A stretch of 64,000 nucleotides of DNA. Origin: Octopus sinensis (lineage: Eukaryota). The notes under the pieces were generated by a model, which saw only the letters and a program-made list of their open reading frames with translations, was not told where the DNA came from and did not search any database. The stretch is from positions 64,852,001 to 64,916,000 of the forward strand of contig NC_043002.1 of the NCBI RefSeq assembly GCF_006345805.1, written 5' to 3'. Positions 56,491 to 64,000 of this stretch are shown here, one piece after another; positions within the stretch are counted from its first letter, which is position 1, and every line of letters begins with the position of its first letter. Made by a program: the position numbers and the translations under genes.

Positions 56491-56524
56491 TATATTTATA
56501 TACATACACACACACACACATATG

Positions 56525-56567
<43 letters not shown>

Positions 56568-58497
56568 TAAATAAAATATATGCATACATACATACATATA
56601 TGTACGTACCTACATCTACTGTATATATACATGCATATATAAATATATATATTATGTGAGTGCAGGACACATTATATATGCATGTATATATACATGTAGA
56701 TGTAGGTACGTACATATATGTATGTATGTATGCATATATTTTATTTATTTACTTATTGCATGACTGAGCGCCCTCGCGTCGTTCGTTTCGTTTCGTTTCT
56801 TTTCTGTTCTCCAAGTAAGTTTATATATATATATATATATGTTTGTGTGGGTGTATGTATGCATTTACGCACGTATGTATGTATTATATATGTATGTGTA
56901 TGTGTTTGTGTACATCTGTGTTTGCGTTTGTGTGTGCTTACATATATATCACCAGAATTATTTACTTATTTTGATATACTTTTTTAGGTATATTCTAATG
57001 TATCTCAATTAGAATGCTTCTACATCACTTCTGTGCAAATCAATGCATCCTGATCAGGGGAAATTTTGCTTGAGGCCATGTTATCGGAATCTAAAATTGC
57101 AAGATTACAAAGAGATTGTTTACATGCTTGCAATATCATAGAGCGATTAAAAATTCACCAAAGAAAAGCTGCATATTTTGCAATAAGATCTTCTGAGGAA
57201 GACAAAATTGTCTACTACAGAGTATGCAGGTCATGAATACGCTACCGTAGTGTAAAGTTTATCCGGAGGATGATGATGACGTTGATGATGATAATAATGA
57301 TGGTGATGATGATAACAATGACGCTGATGATCACCATCTTCATCATAATCTTGGAACTGACGACAAAGTTGTGGAAGGCGATGATGATGATAATGTTGGT
57401 GGTGTTTGTTTCCAATTGTGGTGTTAGTAGTAAATATACAGATGACGAGGCAGAGAAATTTTGTTTAGCTCCAAATGATGGATGAGAGACAATAAGGAGG
57501 AAGAGAAGCAGGAAGGAGAGGATGATAAAGAGTATGAAGATAATGTTTATTAGAATGGAGGGTCACAATGACATGCAATTTCGATATTTTCACAATTTAA
57601 TAGGTGCGTAAAAGATGGCGAAAGTAGCTCACCTTTGGTTTCGTCGGTGGGTATTTTATATGTGTGATCAACAGAATGGTCCATCCCAGAAACAAGCTTT
57701 TAAATGTACCTTGGTATTCTACAGACACAAAAACACATATACGTATTTCCTAGGGAGAGTCGGCCTGACAGTGTATAACAAGCTAGGTCCCCTGGAGAGG
57801 CTACGGTTTTTCTGAGCGGCATCACAAACAGTTTCCAACACTTCAGTATAACTCATATATCTAACGTTGATTTGTGACTTTTAGAAATGATATTTTACCA
57901 ACATATCAGTCGTGAAGAATCAAATCCGCTAGCTCATGACTGTGAAACAATGTTCTTATCTACTAGGCACGAGCCAATTTTAATTCATCTAACAACTTAC
58001 AACTTTCACACTACCTACATTCCTTCTTATTTTCCCTTATCTTTCTTCTTCTCATTCTTCTTCTTTTTATTCTTCTTCTTCTTCTTCGTCATCTTCCTTC
58101 TCCTTCCTAACTTTATCACTAATGCTGTTTAGAATAACACCTACGCAAATTCTATAAACAAAACATTCAAAAGAAATATTTTCATGAATTGAACAGCGAC
58201 TGCTAGCATCCACTGTGGGTCATTTGCTGACCATTCAAAATACTACTGTCCTGGCACTCCCACATTCTTCTTATTCTTCTCATTCTCCTTCTTCTCCTCC
58301 TCCTCCTCCTCCTCCTCCTCTTTTTCTTTTTCTTCTTCCCTACCAAGAATTCACAACGACCTCGAACTCACAAGAGTAAACAAGAGAGACAGAAACAGGC
58401 AGAAGCAAGGAAAATGCCACTTGTATTTGAACACTATACAAACATTCTTTAAAAAACTTTGCTTTTAATTTCTCTAAATTTAATTGTTTAATTGTTA

Positions 58498-58533
58498 CAG
58501 TTGAAAAAGTCTCAATGACTGAAACCGGTACTG
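58498..58533 (+). ncRNA. Decayed minimal hammerhead (family G, GAAAC-CG-GUA)
   Basis: CAG-TTGAAAA-AGTC/TCAAT/GACT-GAAACCGGTA-CTG: all three stems are present, with two core substitutions. Confidence 0.4.
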
Positions 58534-58565
58534 AAATGGTTTTTATAAAATTCTTTTAGCATTTT

Positions 58566-58776
58566 CTATACTCTTTTACTCTTTACTCTTTTACTTGTTT
58601 CAGTCATTTGACTGCGGCCATGCTGCAGCACCGCCTTTAGTCGAGCAAATCGAGCCCGAGGCTTATTCTTTGTAAGCCCAGTACTTATTCTATCGGTCTC
58701 TTTTGCCGAACCGCTAAGTGACGGGGACGTAAACACCAGCATCGGTTGTCAAGCAATGCTAGGGGGACAAACACAA

Positions 58777-58817
<41 letters not shown>

Positions 58818-58918
58818 TACGACAGGCTTCTTTCAGTTTCCGTCTACCAAATCCACTCACAAGGCATTGGTCGGCCCAGGGCTATAGCAGAAGACACTTG
58901 CCCAAGATGCCACACAGT
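58566..58918 (-). mobile_element. SINE family S2, 5'-truncated
   Basis: Colinear with 2875-3266. Confidence 0.85.
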
Positions 58919-59048
58919 TGACTTTTCTTCCATATATATCAACTCGCGTGTTCCTTTTCATCATTATATATATATAGCGGTTTTTAAACTTGGTCATTCC
59001 AAGTAGAGAATTTATACACAGTGTTGTAGAGTCAAATGTTTATATATA

Positions 59049-59099
<51 letters not shown>

Positions 59100-59106
59100 A
59101 TATATA

Positions 59107-59309
59107 TGACCTTGTGTGTACCGTTGGCGATTTGTTTTCCTCTGTCTTCCCTTCTCTGGATCTTTCCTTCTCCTATGTTTCCGACGAAGAGCTCCGCTCG
59201 AAACGTTAAACCCTCCTTCTTCCCTTCTTTCCTGAGCGTCCAATAATACTATATTTGTTCCACGTCCTCGTGTTGTTGTGTTTTTTTTTGTGTTTACTTG
59301 TTTGGATTA
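59107..59309 (+). mobile_element. Family F element with minimal hammerhead at 59177-59211, inserted in (TA)n
   Basis: Reverse complement of 15684-15888. Confidence 0.75.
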
Positions 59310-59547
59310 AGTTTATATATATATAAATATATGTATATATCAAATGAAATCAAAAGCAGAACACAAAGGATGTCGCGGTACACGTGTTTCAAGCTTTATA
59401 AACGACCTATTCTTACATCAGTGTATAATCGACATAAAGGATGGTTTAAAGCTCTCTTCAGCCGCATGCAATTGTTATACCAAAGATTTACATCACATTA
59501 TGAAAAATCCGAAGGTGCTTACACTTATCAAGTATTCACCCTAAATT

Positions 59548-59600
<53 letters not shown>

Positions 59601-59606
<6 letters not shown>

Positions 59607-61461
59607 TGTATAAAGGGCATTATTACACATAAATGCCTCACACTAGGAGGGACAAAGTCATTACTACCAAAAATTATACTAATCATACCCAAATGCAGTT
59701 TTTCAAAGCAAGACATTTAAAAATGAATTATGTTCTGTATCACCGTGATTTCACATACAACTTGCGTCTAATGATCGTCAGCAGAACTGATTCTGAATAC
59801 ATCATAAATAAACCAACCTTATGTAGCGAAGACGAACAGACAACTGTTCACTCCGGCCAAGCACATGGAATGTTTATAAATCATATATCCGGTAAATGGC
59901 GGGCTTTTTACGAACTGCATGTCGGGTAATGAAAAGTATTTCGGAATAAGTTTAACAATTAAGGATAATCTCTTAATAAGGGATCTTAACAAGAAATTAT
60001 CGGGTAGCTAGCGTGAAAACCTCATAAAAGAAAAGAATCCGAAAATAATTTTTTCTTTTGAACAAATTAATTATATCTATATTGTATAAAGGGCATTATT
60101 ACACATAAATGCCTCACACTAGGAGGGACAAAGTCATTACTACCAAAAATTATACTAATCATACCCAAATGCAGTTTTTCAAAGCAAGACATTTAAAAAT
60201 GAATTATGTTCTGTATCACCGTGATTTCACATACAACTTGCGTCTAATGATCGTCAGCAGAACTGATTCTGAATACATCATAAATAAACCAACCTTATGT
60301 AGCGAAGACGAACAGACAACTGTTCACTCCGGCCAAGCACATGGAATGTTTATAAATCATATATCCGGTAAATGGCGGGCTTTTTACGAACTGCATGTCG
60401 GGTAATGAAAAGTATTTCGGAATAAGTTTAACAATTAAGGATAATCTCTTAATAAGGGATCTTAACAAGAAATTATCGGGTAGCTAGCGTGAAAACCTCA
60501 TAAAAGAAAAGAATCCGAAAATAATTTTTTCTTTTGAACAAATTAATTATATCTATATTGTATAAAGGGCATTATTACACATAAATGCCTCACACTAGGA
60601 GGGACAAAGTCATTACTACCAAAAATTATACTAATCATACCCAAATGCAGTTTTTCAAAGCAAGACATTTAAAAATGAATTATGTTCTGTATCACCGTGA
60701 TTTCACATACAACTTGCGTCTAATGATCGTCAGCAGAACTGATTCTGAATACATCATAAATAAACCAACCTTATGTAGCGAAGACGAACAGACAACTGTT
60801 CACTCCGGCCAAGCACATGGAATGTTTATAAATCATATATCCGGTAAATGGCGGGCTTTTTACGAACTGCATGTCGGGTAATGAAAAGTATTTCGGAATA
60901 AGTTTAACAATTAAGGATAATCTCTTAATAAGGGATCTTAACAAGAAATTATCGGGTAGCTAGCGTGAAAACCTCATAAAAGAAAAGAATCCGAAAATAA
61001 TTTTTTCTTTTGAACAAATTAATTATATCTATATTGTATAAAGGGCATTATTACACATAAATGCCTCACACTAGGAGGGACAAAGTCATTACTACCAAAA
61101 ATTATACTAATCATACCCAAATGCAGTTTTTCAAAGCAAGACATTTAAAAATGAATTATGTTCTGTATCACCGTGATTTCACATACAACTTGCGTCTAAT
61201 GATCGTCAGCAGAACTGATTCTGAATACATCATAAATAAACCAACCTTATGTAGCGAAGACGAACAGACAACTGTTCACTCCGGCCAAGCACATGGAATG
61301 TTTATAAATCATATATCCGGTAAATGGCGGGCTTTTTACGAACTGCATGTCGGGTAATGAAAAGTATTTCGGAATAAGTTTAACAATTAAGGATAATCTC
61401 TTAATAAGGGATCTTAACAAGAAATTATCGGGTAGCTAGCGTGAAAACCTCATAAAAGAAA
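59601..61461 (-). repeat. 476-bp tandem array, left arm (about 3.9 units; ribozyme sense on the minus strand)
   Basis: Equivalent positions at 59608, 60084, 60560 and 61036; the units look identical by eye. Confidence 0.97.
59725..61221 (-). ncRNA. Four type I hammerhead ribozyme copies (59725-59793, 60201-60269, 60677-60745, 61153-61221)
   Basis: Same fold as the right-arm copies, on the minus strand. Confidence 0.8.
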
Positions 61462-64000
61462 TCACGGTGATACAGAACATAATTCATTTTTAAATGTCTT
61501 GCTTTGAAAAACTGCATTGGGTATGATTAGTATAATTTTGGTAGTAATGACTTGTCCCTCCTAGTGTGAGGCATTTATGTGTAATAATGCCCTTTATACA
61601 ATATAGATATAATTAATTTGTTCAAAAGAAAAAATTATTTTCGGATTCTTTTCTTTTATGAGGTTTTCACGCTAGCTACCCGATAATTTCTTGTTAAGAT
61701 CCCTTATTAAGAGATTATCCTTAATTGTTAAACTTATTCCGAAATACTTTTCATTACCCGACATGCAGTTCGTAAAAAGCCCGCCATTTACCGGATATAT
61801 GATTTATAAACATTCCATGTGCTTGGCCGGAGTGAACAGTTGTCTGTTCGTCTTCGCTACATAAGGTTGGTTTATTTATGATGTATTCAGAATCAGTTCT
61901 GCTGACGATCATTAGACGCAAGTTGTATGTGAAATCACGGTGATACAGAACATAATTCATTTTTAAATGTCTTGCTTTGAAAAACTGCATTTGGGTATGA
62001 TTAGTATAATTTTTGGTAGTAATGACTTTGTCCCTCCTAGTGTGAGGCATTTATGTGTAATAATGCCCTTTATACAATATAGATATAATTAATTTGTTCA
62101 AAAGAAAAAATTATTTTCGGATTCTTTTCTTTTATGAGGTTTTCACGCTAGCTACCCGATAATTTCTTGTTAAGATCCCTTATTAAGAGATTATCCTTAA
62201 TTGTTAAACTTATTCCGAAATACTTTTCATTACCCGACATGCAGTTCGTAAAAAGCCCGCCATTTACCGGATATATGATTTATAAACATTCCATGTGCTT
62301 GGCCGGAGTGAACAGTTGTCTGTTCGTCTTCGCTACATAAGGTTGGTTTATTTATGATGTATTCAGAATCAGTTCTGCTGACGATCATTAGACGCAAGTT
62401 GTATGTGAAATCACGGTGATACAGAACATAATTCATTTTTAAATGTCTTGCTTTGAAAAACTGCATTTGGGTATGATTAGTATAATTTTTGGTAGTAATG
62501 ACTTTGTCCCTCCTAGTGTGAGGCATTTATGTGTAATAATGCCCTTTATACAATATAGATATAATTAATTTGTTCAAAAGAAAAAAATTATTTTCGGATT
62601 CTTTTCTTTTATGAGGTTTTCACGCTAGCTACCCGATAATTTCTTGTTAAGATCCCTTATTAAGAGATTATCCTTAATTGTTAAACTTATTCCGAAATAC
62701 TTTTCATTACCCGACATGCAGTTCGTAAAAAGCCCGCCATTTACCGGATATATGATTTATAAACATTCCATGTGCTTGGCCGGAGTGAACAGTTGTCTGT
62801 TCGTCTTCGCTACATAAGGTTGGTTTATTTATGATGTATTCAGAATCAGTTCTGCTGACGATCATTAGACGCAAGTTGTATGTGAAATCACGGTGATACA
62901 GAACATAATTCATTTTTAAATGTCTTGCTTTGAAAAACTGCATTTGGGTATGATTAGTATAATTTTGGTAGTAATGACTTTGTCCCTCCTAGTGTGAGGC
63001 ATTTATGTGTAATAATGCCCTTATACAATATAGATATAATTAATTTGTTCAAAAGAAAAAATTATTTTCGGATTCTTTTCTTTTATGAGGTTTTCACGCT
63101 AGCTACCCGATAATTTCTTGTTAAGATCCCTTATTAAGAGATTATCCTTAATTGTTAAACTTATTCCGAAATACTTTTCATTACCCGACATGCAGTTCGT
63201 AAAAAGCCCGCCATTTACCGGATATATGATTTATAAACATTCCATGTGCTTGGCCGGAGTGAACAGTTGTCTGTTCGTCTTCGCTACATAAGGTTGGTTT
63301 ATTTATGATGTATTCAGAATCAGTTCTGCTGACGATCATTAGACGCAAGTTGTATGTGAAATCACGGTGATACAGAACATAATTCATTTTTAAATGTCTT
63401 GCTTTGAAAAACTGCATTTGGGTATGATTAGTATAATTTTTGGTAGTAATGACTTTGTCCCTCCTAGTGTGAGGCATTTATGTGTAATAATGCCCTTTAT
63501 ACAATATAGATATAATTAATTTGTTCAAAAGAAAAAATTATTTTCGGATTCTTTTCTTTTATGAGGTTTTCACGCTAGCTACCGATAATTTCTTGTTAAG
63601 ATCCCTTATTAAGAGATTATCCTTAATTGTTAAACTTATTCCGAAATACTTTTCATTACCCGACATGCAGTTCGTAAAAAGCCCGCCATTTACCGGATAT
63701 ATGATTTATAAACATTCCATGTGCTTGGCCGGAGTGAACAGTTGTCTGTTCGTCTTCGCTACATAAGGTTGGTTTATTTATGATGTATTCAGAATCAGTT
63801 CTGCTGACGATCATTAGACGCAAGTTGTATGTGAAATCACGGTGATACAGAACATAATTCATTTTTAAATGTCTTGCTTTGAAAAACTGCATTTGGGTAT
63901 GATTAGTATAATTTTTGGTAGTAATGACTTGTCCCTCCTAGTGTGAGGCATTTATGTGTAATAATGCCCTTATACAATATAGATATAATTAATTTGTTCA
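61458..64000 (+). repeat. 476-bp tandem array, inverted right arm (at least 5.3 units, runs off the window)
   Basis: Reverse complement of the left-arm unit. The only differences seen are 1-nt homopolymer indels. Confidence 0.97.
61890..63860 (+). ncRNA. Five type I hammerhead ribozyme copies (61890-61958, 62366-62434, 62843-62911, 63317-63385, 63792-63860)
   Basis: First copy: stem I GTTCTG 61896-61901 with CAGAAC 61946-61951, extended by GAAT/ATTC beyond an internal loop; CTGACGA 61902-61908; stem II capped by C(GCAA)G; GAAA 61931-61934; stem III ATCA/TGAT; AUA triplet with predicted cut at 61945/61946. Confidence 0.8.

Noticed and set aside
59633-59929. 98-aa ORF repeated in every array unit (MPHTRRDKV...)
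   Set aside because: It has no recognisable domain, lies antisense to the ribozyme, and its identity across units only reflects the DNA repeat. The 81-aa ORF at 63521 exists only because of a homopolymer indel.
59601-64000. Array as CRISPR, 5S/tRNA/snRNA cluster or rDNA
   Set aside because: The units are identical with no variable spacers, and I found no 5S, tRNA cloverleaf or U1 5' end (ATACTTACCTG).

Overview
This is AT-rich eukaryotic non-coding DNA, packed with microsatellites, tRNA-derived SINEs and decayed retro/DNA transposons. The SINE families look like those of octopus, but the taxon is an inference from recollection, not a database match. I could not recognise any intact host protein-coding gene; nearly all long ORFs in the track are microsatellite or low-complexity artefacts. 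Recognisable coding remnants are a CR1-like LINE reverse transcriptase (24.5-26.2 kb), about seven fragments of R4/Dong-like RLE retrotransposons (several abutting (AAT)n tracts) and mariner transposase pieces. The main signal is at 59.6-64.0 kb: a near-perfectly homogeneous 476-bp tandem array in which every complete monomer carries a type I hammerhead ribozyme fold (CUGACGA...GAAA...AUA cleavage site). This is a retrozyme or ribozyme-satellite-like architecture. The array flips orientation at 61458-61461, exactly on the ribozyme GAAA. Elsewhere there are several further families of minimal, Penelope-type hammerhead motifs. Several sit in 5'-to-5' fold-back structures or inside (TA)n tracts, and one is fused behind a tRNA-like Pol III head. 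All ribozyme calls are by-eye fold predictions and have not been shown to cleave.
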